A DNA stretch of 64,000 nucleotides, from the NCBI RefSeq assembly GCF_011745625.1, contig NW_027191465.1, positions 62,001 to 126,000 on the forward strand. Direction: 5' to 3'. Of the stretch, positions 12,103 to 23,800 are shown piece by piece; positions within the stretch are counted from its first letter, which is position 1; every line of letters begins with the position of its first letter. The notes below the pieces were generated by a model that did not search any database, was not told where the DNA came from, and saw only the letters and a program-made list of their open reading frames with translations. The translations under genes were made by a program, and so were the position numbers. This DNA is from Cladosporium halotolerans (taxonomy: Eukaryota).

Positions 12103-12514
12103 CGGGGTTTTTGATGGATGAAGTTGGGATTTTCTGGCTTGATGGATGTTTGGTGTTGATGAGACGATATACTTGCCATCAGAGCAGGGCGTAAGGTACG
12201 ATTACACGAATTTGAGCTTATTTAGCTTGCCTCTTCGATTGGTCGTCTCGTTATTCAAAGGCAATCCGATAGCCATGAGCTCTCCGGTCTGCACCCAGAC
12301 ACGGCCCGAATCTACAGGAATGTAATCGATCCAATTGTCAGCTTACCCCAATGCAACCAAGCACGGTTCCGCACAAGCAGTAATCCAGACCGTTCACTCA
12401 TCCCAAAAAAAGCCACCTTGGCCGTACGGCCAACAGTAACACCACTGTCGCCATTACTTTATCATCGCGAGGGCTCCTTCCACGAGAAGTCCCACCTCAG
12501 AACCAACGACTCCA

Positions 12515-13840
12515 TCATCTAGCCGCCTCCCCAGCAACAGACCCCTTCCGCTTCTTCGCCCTCTCCCTCTCAACCCCCTTGACAACCTCCCATTTCGCCT
12601 CAACCCACTTCCCAACAACCTCCGACTCCCTCAACTCCCTCCCCGCGTCGTCCAGAAAAGTATACAGCTCGGACCCAGCGTCCGTAGTCGCCTCAGCTTC
12701 AGCCAAAACCACAGGCCCTCCCTCACGAAACGCAGTATTCCTCCGGAACGCGCGCACCAGCTCGCTCAGACCCGCCCCCGCCTTCCCGCTGTGCTTCCCA
12801 AGAACGGGACGCAGGAGGTGCGCCGCCGTCTCGTTCGCGCGCCTGCGCAGCAGCGCCGCGCGCATGCGCTCGTACTGCTCGCGCTTGCCGAAGAAGGCCA
12901 GCGCAGCGTCGAGATAGTGCTCGCGACGCTGAGCGAGCGGAGTCGTCGCATCATCAGGATTCTCAGCCTCCTTCCTCGCCACGCACTCCGGCAACCACGC
13001 GCGGAAGCGCGCGAGCATCGGCCGCGTGGGCTTCCAGTTGGATTTCTCGCGGGCGGACGGCGGCTTCTCGCGCTCGAGGCTGTGCGCGCAGACGAAAGGG
13101 GAGGCGCCGAGCCATTCGAAGATGTGCTCTTCGGTCGCGAAACCGGCGTCGTAGCGGGCGACGTCCAGGTCGAAGAAAGCCATGATGTGCTCAGGGTCGC
13201 TGCAGAGCATCAGTCGCGCCTCGTCGAGTGGCGGGTGGAAGTGGGCCCAGTGGCCGTGGCCGCTGTCGTCGAGCTCGCGGAGCCGAAGGCGCAGGCCGCG
13301 CTCGGTGATGTCGAAGCCGAAGTTCTTGACGACGTGGCCGAGCATGCCGGCTAGGTCCGGGTAGGAGCCGTGGAAGAAGCGCCAGGGCTTTTGGTCCGGG
13401 GTGATGGCTTCGAGGTCGATTTGGGCGAAGGGTTCGTTTGTGGTGGGGGTTGGGGTTTGCGGGTCTTGGGGGCGTTTGATGGGGTTGGGAGAGTATTCGA
13501 TTGGAGGGTGGGGGCTGCGTTCGCCGTCGAGGCGGACGGCGAAGGACCATTTGGGAGATCGGCCACTGCCGCGGTCGAGGAAGGCTTCGGCGCCGATATT
13601 TGAGGCCAGCTCGGGCCAGTTGATCTCTTCTTCAGAGACGATGTAGATGTCGATATCGCCGTAGCTTTCCTTGCCTGGAGCCTCGAGCGGGACGAGCACG
13701 TTCTTTGCGCCATAAAGCTCGGCCAGACGATTGACATATGTGCTTTTCAAGCGGTTGTATTCCTGTGGAGTCATACGTGGAAGATGTAGAGCGGCCGTTT
13801 GGCCATCGGCCGAAGGGTTGGAGAAAGCTCCTCCGCCCAT
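12515..13840 (-). CDS. Uncharacterised protein with a pol-beta/PolX-type nucleotidyltransferase signature
   Basis: Likely start MGGGAFS at 13840, 441 aa, intronless. KESYGDIDIYI (DxD) motif, downstream FAQIDL (candidate third Asp), and GSYPDLAGMLG...GFDITERGL segment. Confidence 0.7.
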   Translation of the reverse strand: MGGGAFSNPSADGQTAALHLPRMTPQEYNRLKSTYVNRLAELYGAKNVLVPLEAPGKESYGDIDIYIVSEEEINWPELASNIGAEAFLDRGSGRSPKWSFAVRLDGERSPHPPIEYSPNPIKRPQDPQTPTPTTNEPFAQIDLEAITPDQKPWRFFHGSYPDLAGMLGHVVKNFGFDITERGLRLRLRELDDSGHGHWAHFHPPLDEARLMLCSDPEHIMAFFDLDVARYDAGFATEEHIFEWLGASPFVCAHSLEREKPPSAREKSNWKPTRPMLARFRAWLPECVARKEAENPDDATTPLAQRREHYLDAALAFFGKREQYERMRAALLRRRANETAAHLLRPVLGKHSGKAGAGLSELVRAFRRNTAFREGGPVVLAEAEATTDAGSELYTFLDDAGRELRESEVVGKWVEAKWEVVKGVERERAKKRKGSVAGEAAR

Positions 13841-14741
13841 GCTTGCTTGATGTTTTGATTGTGGGTGGTGTTGAGATTGATACTTTGGCAAGTGCGACGT
13901 TTTCTAGTCTCCTGTGGTTGTTTGCTAAATACGAAAATGATTGTCGTGTCTATGTCAGTTTACAAAGGATGTGCAAGGCTGCCTTAGTATTTGTCGGCAG
14001 ATCATTGTGAAGCAGATGGAGGCTGAAGCATGTGAGTCACCTGACAGGCAACAGTGAGCGCCCATTGCAGCAACGCAAAGTGAAGTCAATGAGGTCAATT
14101 CACTTGGAGACAGTGAAGGGTTGCAAGTCTCTTCATCTCACAGAGGTTCAGACTGTCGATACATGCTTGCTACCTGGCATCCCATCGAGCCCTTTGGTTG
14201 GCGCGCATGCAGGCCAGTCGGCATAGCGTCAGATCCACATTTCGAGGACGAATCAACCCTAGAAGCACGAGCAGTGACTGAATGAGCTCTTGCCTTCCAG
14301 CACTTCACTTCAACACCATCAAAGCAGGGTCGAAGAGAACGCAGGACAGCAAACATCCCCCCGCCAAGCCAAGCAGACCCTCGAAGCAAGCAACAAGGTT
14401 GCACTAGCGCTTGCCCTGCATTCGCGATGACGTCGGGCTCAGCTCAGCGCGGGCGGGCGCAAAAAATCAGACAGCTCGAGCTCCAGCAGGGCTTGGTGGC
14501 AGCTGCGCCGGAGCAATGATCGGTGAGGCCTTCGGGTGCAGCTCAGCGTGCAGCAGCCATTGGCAGTGCGCGTTTTTAGTAGTGTAGTACCCGACAGGCA
14601 GGAAGATCGTCAGCAGAGAGGGATAGTCTAGTAATTTTCTTCATCTGTTCTGTCTCCTTTTGATTTGACCTTTCAGTCTCTCTCATCTCAACTTCTACAC
14701 ACCCAATCTACACCAACAACCTACCAAACCCCCCGCCCGAA

Positions 14742-15822
14742 ATGTCCGCCGAACCGCAGGAAATCTCCCAAGTCACCTACGAGCAGCTCGCCGCGCTCGA
14801 GGACGAGTTCGAGGAGATCGACACGCAAATCAGTACGTCCATCTCATCCCATCGCATCCCACGCCTCCCCTCCCCCAGAATGCTAACGCCAGCTCCCCAC
14901 AGTCAAGCACCAATACACCCTCTCGGCCCCCTCGTACGCCAAACGCAGCGCCCTGCTCGCGACGATCCCCAACTTCTGGGCCCTGGTGCTCGAGACCTGC
15001 CCGCCCGAAATCGACCAGTTCATCCAGCCGCAAGACAGCCAGATCTTCGCCGAGTCGCTCAAGAGCATCGAAGTCAGCCGGCCCGAAATCGAGACCAGCC
15101 CGCGCAGCGTCAGTGTCAGATTCGAGTTCGCGCCGAACGACTTCTTCAGCAACGGCGTGCTGGAGAAGAGGTTCAGCTGGCGGCGCGCGAGCGATGGCTG
15201 GACGGGGCTGGTGTCGGAGCCGGTGCAAGTGGAGTGGAAGAAAGGGAAGGACCTGAGCGAGGGGCTGAACGGGCTTGCGGTGCAGCTTTTCGAGGCGCGG
15301 AAGAAAGCCGGTGACTTTTTGAAGAAGGACCTGAAGGAGTACGAGGCGCTGGCGAAGAAGCTGGAGAGCGCGAACGCGGTCAACACGTCGTTCTTCACGT
15401 GGTTTGGGTTTGTTAGTGGGCGGAGGTATGTGAGTGCGGAGGAGAGCGAGAAGGCGGAGAAGGAATATAGGGAGAAGAAGGCGAAGGGGGAGACGGGCAA
15501 GCCGGATGAGACTGAGGAGGAGGAGGATGAGGAGGATGATGACAAGGATGATGACTCGATGGTTGAGGTGCATGAGGAGGGCGAGCAGCTTGCCATTGCG
15601 ATCGCGGAGGATCTGTGGCCTGGTGCGATCAAGTATTTCACGCAGGCGCAGGGGATGGAAGAGATGAGTGATATCGATTTTGAGGAGATGGAGGAGGATG
15701 AGGAGAGCGATGATGGTGAGGGCGAGGCGATTGATATTCGCGCGCTTGTTGGTGGTAAGAAGGGTGGTGATAGGAAGTCGAGTGGAAGCGGCGCCCCGGC
15801 GGCGAAGAAGCAGAAGCACTAA
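14742..15822 (+). CDS. NAP-family histone chaperone (Vps75/SET-like)
   Basis: Exons 14742-14832 and 14903-15822; intron GTACGT...CTAAC...CAG. YAKRSALLATIPNFW, FEFAPNDFFSNGVLEKRF, SFFTWF and EDLWPGAIKYF motifs; acidic tail ending in a KKQK NLS-like motif. Confidence 0.88.
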
Positions 15823-16515
15823 GTTTGCTTTGACAGATAAATTCGCGACTGAAGTCTGAGAACTGGATGACTATCGGATCAAGATTTGGAGAGAAATCCA
15901 ACATTGTTGATGAAGCGATCTCATATCGCGCTGCAGAAGTACTGCGTGAGATGGATATGAAATGGATGATCAGATGGATGAAATACTGCCAATGGCATAA
16001 GCTTACATCGCTTGAACCGTCACCGCGTGATATCCAAAACCATGCAATGCCCCTCGAGATGGTAAAGATATGGTAATGATCCTTCCCTCTCCGTTCCCGG
16101 CTGTAACATCCTCGACCTATTATGCAATCATCTCATATCATCATCCAAATCAGCAAAAAAAATCCAAGAACTTTTAATTTCAGGAACCAGCATTTCTCTT
16201 GTCCCCCCAAGAGCGTCAAGACCAAGGTCTTTCCGCAATGTTTGTCCCATTTCCAACATGACCAGCGCCGACCCCACCCAGAACGTCCGTCCGCGTGTGC
16301 AGTACCTTCAAACAATTTTTGTAATGCTCGTGTCGCTCGTTGCAGAGACGAACAAACCCCTGCGCCATGCTTGTTTTTGTTGCTCATGAACAGAAGGACT
16401 CAGCCTGAGCCATCTCCCCGCCGGTTTGCCGTTAAATGCAGAATGCAGCCGTCCCGCGAAACTGAAAATGTCACCCCATGCAAATGCGTTGTTTCATTTG
16501 ATCCCGTCGGCGGCA

Positions 16516-17703
16516 CTAGCAGCTGCCGACGAAGAAGTCGTTTCCGAAGCCCTCGGGGTGAGAGCGGGGCGTGTATGCACCCGTGTAGTGAAGCGGCATC
16601 GCCATCCCTGCGGGTGTAATCGGTCTGGACCCGGGGATAGGCGGTGCCTCGCCCTCTCCGTAGTCGGCTCCGCCCATACCCACGCCCAAAGAACGCCCAT
16701 CCTCCATCCAGCGAAGGCCGTTGGCGTATTCCTCAATGGGGAAGACCTCGCGCGCGTACTCCTCGATTCCGCGGTGGCCTTCCCAAATGCTGCGGGCTTC
16801 GCGAGGGTACTCGAGTGTGGGGCCAAAGCAGGGCGCACGCTTCTGGCCGAGGGTTTCTTGCAAGACGTCGAGCTGTTCCCGGTAGCCACTGGGGATGTTG
16901 ACCTTGACCTGGATGGGCCCATGGATGTATCGGACGGGGCGACCGACACCGCGAGCGAAACGCGCACAGCACTGCAGGGGCGTGAGACGCTCGAATGCCA
17001 TTGTTACCCTGATGAGATGTCAGTTAGATCGTGTGAGGCGAGATTTTGGAGAAACGTACACTTGACCCTTCCAGTGATTTGCGCCCATCTTGAAGATCTG
17101 GAGGAGCGCAGGACCGACATCATGTTCCGCATCCAGCCAAGGCAAAGGGTCGTCGGGGTGAAAAGGCGCTTGCCACACGAAACTGCCGTCGTCTTGGAGT
17201 TCCATCTGAAACAAAGGATAGGGAAGGGAGGTGAAATTGTTGTTGTAGATGCCGGTGTAGATGAAAGTCGCGGGAATTCCTAGTTGCCGCACGTAGTTCT
17301 CGATCGCAAATTTGGTTGCCCACATGGGAAGTGCTCTCCAGTCTTCGCCGTAGATAGAATGATCCGGCATGCTTGAATAGACATAGTGGGCGATGCCTGC
17401 CTTTTTCGCAGCATCTGCGCAGGCTTTTCCTATAGCGACCTCATCTCCCCAGTGAGTCGTGTTGATGAATGCGATCCGCGCGCCGGTGAAGAGAGTCTTG
17501 AGCAGGCTCTTGACGTCCGGGCCAGTCAGGTCGCCCTCGATCAACTCGACGTTAGGCAGCGAGGCAAGCTCTTCCGCGACCAAGCCCTCCTTGGCCTGGA
17601 CCTGTGCGCGGACATGCCAGCCGACGGCGCTGGCGACACGGATGAAGGACGCGCTCTGCCTGCCAGTCGAGTTGATGGTCGCGACGATTCTTTTGGAGGA
17701 CAT
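16516..17703 (-). CDS. nmrA: Nitrogen metabolite repression regulator NmrA/NMR-1 (atypical SDR fold)
   Basis: Exons 17703-17060 and 17008-16516; 51-nt intron. NSTGRQSASFIRVASAVGWHVRAQV, YNNNFTSLPYPLF, WLDAEHDVGPALLQIF and EEYAREVFPIEEYANGLRWM match NmrA. Confidence 0.93.
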
Positions 17704-18340
17704 TACAATATCCTCATCGGTAAGGACAGTCTGTGGCGGCGTGGCGCGGGTGGAAAGTTTGGCGCAGTAACTTCAGTGTCTGCAAATCCTGATTGGTCAC
17801 GGTCGCGCGTCGGTGCTTGCTGGAAGAGACGACGAAAGAAGGGTTCGTGCAGATGCAGGTGGGAGCCTCTTGAGGTCGGCGTGAATATCAGGGTGCGTCT
17901 GGTCAAGGCAGGAGTCGGAAGGGCGATGACTGCTTGAAGGCCTTGAAGGGACGTGCCGTCGCGGTGCGGTGTGTAAGTAGTGCTGGCTCGGGACAAAGTC
18001 TATCGGGACGGCGGCCGGGCCCTGGGCGGATGTGGCACAATAGGGCGATGATGGATGGCTACCTGGGTACGGCAGGGGTTGGGCGTGGGTGGGCGAGGAT
18101 CGGTGCAGTAGCCCGTCGAGCGCGAGGGTGGCCTCTTTAGAGCCGACGATGCGGGCCCGGCTGGGCCACGGCGCTCTCGCACGCACGCACGCAGGGCAAC
18201 TCAGACTCACGCCCAGGGTGGAGGGTCGTGAGGATTTGGACGCTAATCGGCGGGCAACGGTGGAGCGGGCACGAATGCGGAGAAGTGGGCGGGCGAGCGT
18301 GAGAGGGGCAGAGGGGCGAAGGGGCTGAGGCAGGCAAGGT

Positions 18341-18379
18341 TGGATGCGTGGATCTTGGATGCGTGGATGCGTGGATGCG
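18341..18379. repeat. Short imperfect tandem repeat of TGGATGCG upstream of nmrA
   Basis: tggatgcg tggatct tggatgcg tggatgcg tggatgcg, read directly. Confidence 0.7.
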
Positions 18380-20830
18380 CTCCGGAGCGGCGAGGTGGAG
18401 GGCGGGTTGGTAGGGTATACCTCAGCTGGTTGGAGCGCAGTGCTGCGGGTGAGGCGCCTGTGTGCTCGCCTGCTCCCGGTCGCCGGCGTGGTTGGAGGCG
18501 AGCACGAGGACGATGCGCGCTCACTACTGCAGCAACATTAATGACTGCACACGCTGGGGAGCCACGTCCGCAGCGACTCGGCGAGACACGCAGCGCGCGT
18601 GGGCGCACGCGGACGCCGCACGTTGCGCTGCTGCTGGAGGCGCTGGTCCGTCGCATTACCTAATGGTGGGCGGGCGCTGTCGTCAGAACGACTGCGTGGC
18701 TTGCACCGACTCGCATCGCGACACGCCTGCTCCCGACCATTGTTCCGTTCGTGATGTCCGAGCCCGCGAACACCGCTGCAGCTCCCTCCAGCCTGCCCGT
18801 CGTCTGCTGCCCTCTGAGCTGCCTCGCTCAACGCATCCTGCACCATACAACTCCAGGATTACGCGACGTGCAGCCCACGGCTCCTCCACCGCGCTGGGAC
18901 CTTCCCTCACTTCAACCTCGCTTTGCCTTATGCATAGCACGGTGCGGGGAGCGCATAGGGTTGCCGCGAACAGCCCGTGCTCCCGACGCCCATGCCCATA
19001 CCAGCCTCCTCCCGCCCGTCGTCCTTCCTATATGGGAGGAGGGGACAGAGGGCATGCGACGGGACTCATTCCTGCTATCGTCAGCTGACACGCCTTGGCT
19101 ACCTCACCTTCCCTTCGGATCGCCCATCCGCATCCTATCTCTCGTCCACACATCACCCTCGCCTCGCAGACACGAGCTGCATAAAAGCCCTGTAGTAGCC
19201 TCTCGCAGTATTTCGCCGAGTGTCGCAATCTCGATTATGTACCCGTTACTCACCAGCTGGTCCGAGAGACGGCAAAAACCCGCCCAACACTCGTCCACCC
19301 AGGCGAGCTGCGCAGCCTGCGTTCCACGCCCGAGCCCCACGCTTTTCCAACCGTCTCGTCTCGCCGCCCGCACGACCTCCAACGAAAGGCTGGAGGCAGA
19401 GCCGGCGCGCGCCAAGCCACCCTGCCTACCTTTCCATTACCCCTTCGCAACTCGATTCTATTACCCCTTCGTAACCTCACGCGCACCCTGCTTCTCCGCC
19501 GCATCTCCAGGGACCGGCGCGCCCGCCACACCCGCTGGCCTGAAGATCCGCCGGCGCGAGCGTGTTAATAAACATTGAAAGTCTAACATCGCGCCGCCAA
19601 TGAGACCTGCAGTGCGCCGAGTACAGATCACCGGCGTCAGAAGGGAGGGCGGGAGTTGGACAAGACGCCGCAAACTCAGCTAGCGCAGCACTTTTCACTA
19701 ACGTCAATAAGTGCGAAGGAGAGAGCGCAATCGGAACGTTCGGGAAAGCGTAATTCGCAGTGCCGGAACTCTCTCGAGTCGATGTTCCCGCTCCTCTGCC
19801 CCAACCAACCGCCTAGGCGTTTGATGCTCCGAAGAATGATACCTTATGGTGCAGATCGCAAAAAAGCCGCAACCGTGAACGGACCCCAGGAACGTTGTGA
19901 AACATAATGCGAACCATCAGAGTCCCACGCGCTCGGCTCAAGGCAAGCATCAACCATTACAATGCGCAGATTCTTTTTTTTCTCTTGCTGCGCTACCTAC
20001 ACTTATGGACCGGGACCCAGCCAGCGGGCCAATCAGCCGCCGCCCACGTGCCATCAAGGTGGGACCTCAGCTTTTGCGAAGAAGAGAAACTCTGCGATGA
20101 GATTTGTACAGTAGTCAGTGGTGGTACCTCGACACGGACACGAACGTGCTACGATAAGAGACTCGACGGCAGTCACGTCTTACGTACGGAGGTTTGAAAA
20201 TGGGCCGGGGGGACGTGATTCGTGCTAACGGCTTGTGATGATGCTTTGCGAGGGCTTTGCGCGCCATCGCGCCATTGAGCACATGGTTGACGCGACGTCG
20301 GGCTAGGATCGCGTGTTTGTCACGGGGTGTGTTGTGCAGGCAAGATACCTTACTGTGGGCCTGAGGATGGCAGGACCTTTTCCGTCCTTGCCGTCGAGGT
20401 CGCGTGACGAACTCGAGGATACGAGGGTTGCCCATCAATATCACTTCCGCTCGCCATTTCCATGTGCAAACCGACGGGTAACCGAAAGTTTAGTGACAGT
20501 CTTGCGTACGAGCATTTCAGTACACCAACGAATATTGCAAATCTCCTGTTAGGGCCTCTGATTCTCAGGCTTCTTCTCTGGAGTATGTTCATCCAAAAAC
20601 CAATGGCGAAACTCACGCATCCCGTGGTACCATACAAGCTGATCGTGTCACGACGCCGAAGTCTTATTGAAATCTTTGCTCCCGTTTGTACCTGGTGTGC
20701 CAAGTCTCACTCACGAACGAGGGAGGAAATAGAGTGGTCTCTCATCCACAGTACTAGCAACTACATAGACCACCTCATTCGATCCCATCCCCAATCATCC
20801 AGCAACTCGACGCTACCAAACCCCACCACT

Positions 20831-23800
20831 CTACACCTCCTCCTCCTCATCCTCTTCAACATCACGCCCTCTCTCCTCCTCTCCCTCTGCCTCACCACCG
20901 TCCTCTTTACCCCTCAACCCAACCCACCAACCCCTCAACACCCCCGCCCTCTCCCTCTCCGCCTCCCCAAACTCCACCGGCGGCCCCTTAACCTCCTCCC
21001 TCACCTCCGCGCCCGAAACCGAGCTCCTCCTCCTAATCTTCTCCTCCTCCTCCTCCACAGCACCCCCAACCTCCCCAAACCGCCAAACGCACCACGCGCT
21101 CGCGTCGCACGAGAGCAGAAACGCCCTCCTCTTCCTCGACTTCACCGCAAAAGCGCGCAGCAGCACGACATCGCCCGCCTCCGCAGCGGGCAGGACGGCT
21201 TTCCAGGGTCTGAAGACCTCGACGCGGACGCTGGACGCGGGTTGTTGCAGCGGGAGGCTGGGGTCCGCGACGCGGAAGGAGGTGAAGTAGTCTCTTGGGC
21301 CGGCTTTGGCGCGCTCGGGGGGTTTGGGCGCGGTGGTGACGACGGCGAGGACGTCGAGGGTCTGCGGGGTGGAGGGGTTGAGGTGTTGGGGGAGGGCGGA
21401 GAGGGGGGTGAAGTAGGCGTGCGGGGTGGAGAGGCCTTCGGCGGGTGGAGGGGGGTTTGTTGTTTCTGTGGGTTCGGGTTCGGGTTCGGGCTCGGGTGCG
21501 CGGGTTATGGGTTTGTCGGGGGAGTGGTCTTGCTCTTTGGAGGCTTCTTGTGCGGCGGCGATGCTGGAGCGTTTTGGCGAGAACCAGGCCGAGATGACGT
21601 CTGGGACGTTGCTCAGGCGAGTGCGGAGGGATCTGCGGGCTGGAGTCTTCGGTTGTGGTTGTTGGGCTGGTTGTGTCGATTGCGCCTCCTGGTTTTCCTG
21701 CTGTTCCGGCATCTCTGTATCCATTGTCGGACGTCCGTTGAGGCCGGCTTGGGAAGGAAGCTGCGAGCTGAGTTGAGGTTTGGAGCTGCCTTGCGGAGTT
21801 AAAGGTAAATGTCGCACTGGTGCCTGGGCTTCGTTTGCCTCTGGCAAGAGCGTCTCAGCTTTCACCGGTTGGGACAAAGAGGGCGTCGGAGGTAGATCAA
21901 GGTGTGAAGTCCTCTGCACGTCGACAGCGGTCCCTTGTTCAGACGTTTGCACCGTGTGTAACTGCTCCTCAGGCACTTCTGTGGGCGTTTGCTCTTCACG
22001 TTGCACAACCTCTTCTCTGTAAACGAACGACTCCTGCTTGTCTTCAAACGAGGACTGCTGAGGCGTCAACTCTTGCATGTGTTCACTCTGCTTGGTGTTC
22101 ACAAGGCTGAGCATTTCGGAAGGTGAGGATTCCAACTCGATCACTTCAGTCTGATTCACGGTGCGCGAAGGTGTCTCTCTGGTCTCGTCAGGAATGAGGT
22201 TATCCGCTTCGCTGGCCAGCCGTCCATGGGGATGGGCATCGTTGCTTGGCTGACCGACCTCATGCGTTGAAATGGAGTCAGGGGCCTGTCCTTCGGCGAC
22301 GTTGTTTCCATTCGTCCCCAACACCTCTCTTGACAAAGACCCCAATGCCACGGGAGAGAAACCCTCCATCGTGTCTCTAGACGCAGGGCGACTGCTTGTC
22401 TCAAGCCCTTGTTGTCGTTGGGTTTGATCGAAGCTTGCTTCTGCTTTTAATTGAGAATGGAAAGACGTCGGAGACGAGATAACCTCGCGTTGTTGTGCCT
22501 CGCTTATCTCAGTCGTAGCACCATGGGCCGCAGCGGGTTGCTCTGGTGTATCTTCAGCAGGGAGTGAGCTCGATGCCTTGGCCGGGAGCGGCGGCTGGAA
22601 TAGCTCTGGCTCATCCAGTTGAACCTCCTGCTCGGTCATTTGCTCCTGTTTAGATGTCTCTAGATCAGAGATCTCCGCCTCCGCTGGGCGAGTCTCCTCA
22701 ACTTCCATGAACTCAGCCAGTGGAGCTTCCGTTCCGCTGGGCTCAGGCACCGACGCTACGCCCTCGGCTTCAACCATAGCTATTTCAGGAGTTCCCACAG
22801 CTGCATCGCCCTCAGGCGAGATAATTTGATGACGCTCGTGGTTATCTTTCATCTCGGCTTCTTCTGAGCGAGGCCTGGCAACAGGCTGTACATCCTCAGG
22901 CTCGGCAGGCTGCTGCGCAATTGAGGCAGCTTCGGTGGTGATATCCTCCACCAATTCCTGAAGAGTCTCGTGGACGGGCGCCGATATCTCGGGAGCTTTA
23001 CGCTGCTGAGGCATAGGCGTGGATGGAGTAGGTTCTGAAACAACATTGTGGTTCGATTCAGCCATTTCGTCCGCCGGGAGGGGAGCATCATCTTCCTCGT
23101 CTGAGCTGGATGCCAACTCAATGACTTCGACAGGCTCTTCCTGCGCTTTCTGTGACGATGCTTCTGGAGTCTCATCGGTTCCCTCTTGTGTTTTCTCTGC
23201 ATCCTCAATCTGCGGTTCGTCGTGCATGGAACGCGGGTCTTCGGCAACATCTTGCGTCGTGAAAATGGCCTGCTGTTCTGCCTTCGCTTCAACAGGAGCC
23301 TTGGTCGCCGCAAGATCTTCTTTCTCCGGCGAAGGGGTGCCTTTCAGGCCAAAAAGACTCTGCAGAGTCCGTTTCATAACCCGATCATGAGCAGACTGGG
23401 GAGTTCTCTTGGGCGTGTCTGGCGACTTGGCCGCTGGAGTGGCTACGGTAGTAAGTTGTTCACTACGCGAGTCCTGTGATGGCTTTGTGGTAGGCGTAGC
23501 GACAGATACTCCCTCGTTGACGTCCTTTCCGACTGGTTGTTTGATGGGCGTTTGGGCTTCTTGGAGAAGCGTGCTGGCTGGCTTGAAGACGGGCGGCTGA
23601 GATGCTTCCTCTTCCGCAATTGCTTGACCAGGCTGATCAGTCTCATCGTCAAGCTGTTCCTGCGCCGCTTGCGCTTCTTCGAGCTCAGATTCAATGTCGC
23701 TATCTTCGACAGAAGACTGGACGAACTCTTGCCTTTCGTCTGCCATTGTATGCATCTCAAGGTTTTCGTTCGTATCGTCATCGCTGGGCTCTTCGCCTTC

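Noticed and set aside
20462..21802. 446-aa + strand ORF overlapping the end of the POT1-like gene
   Set aside because: Low-complexity antisense product of a skew domain, with a non-ATG start.
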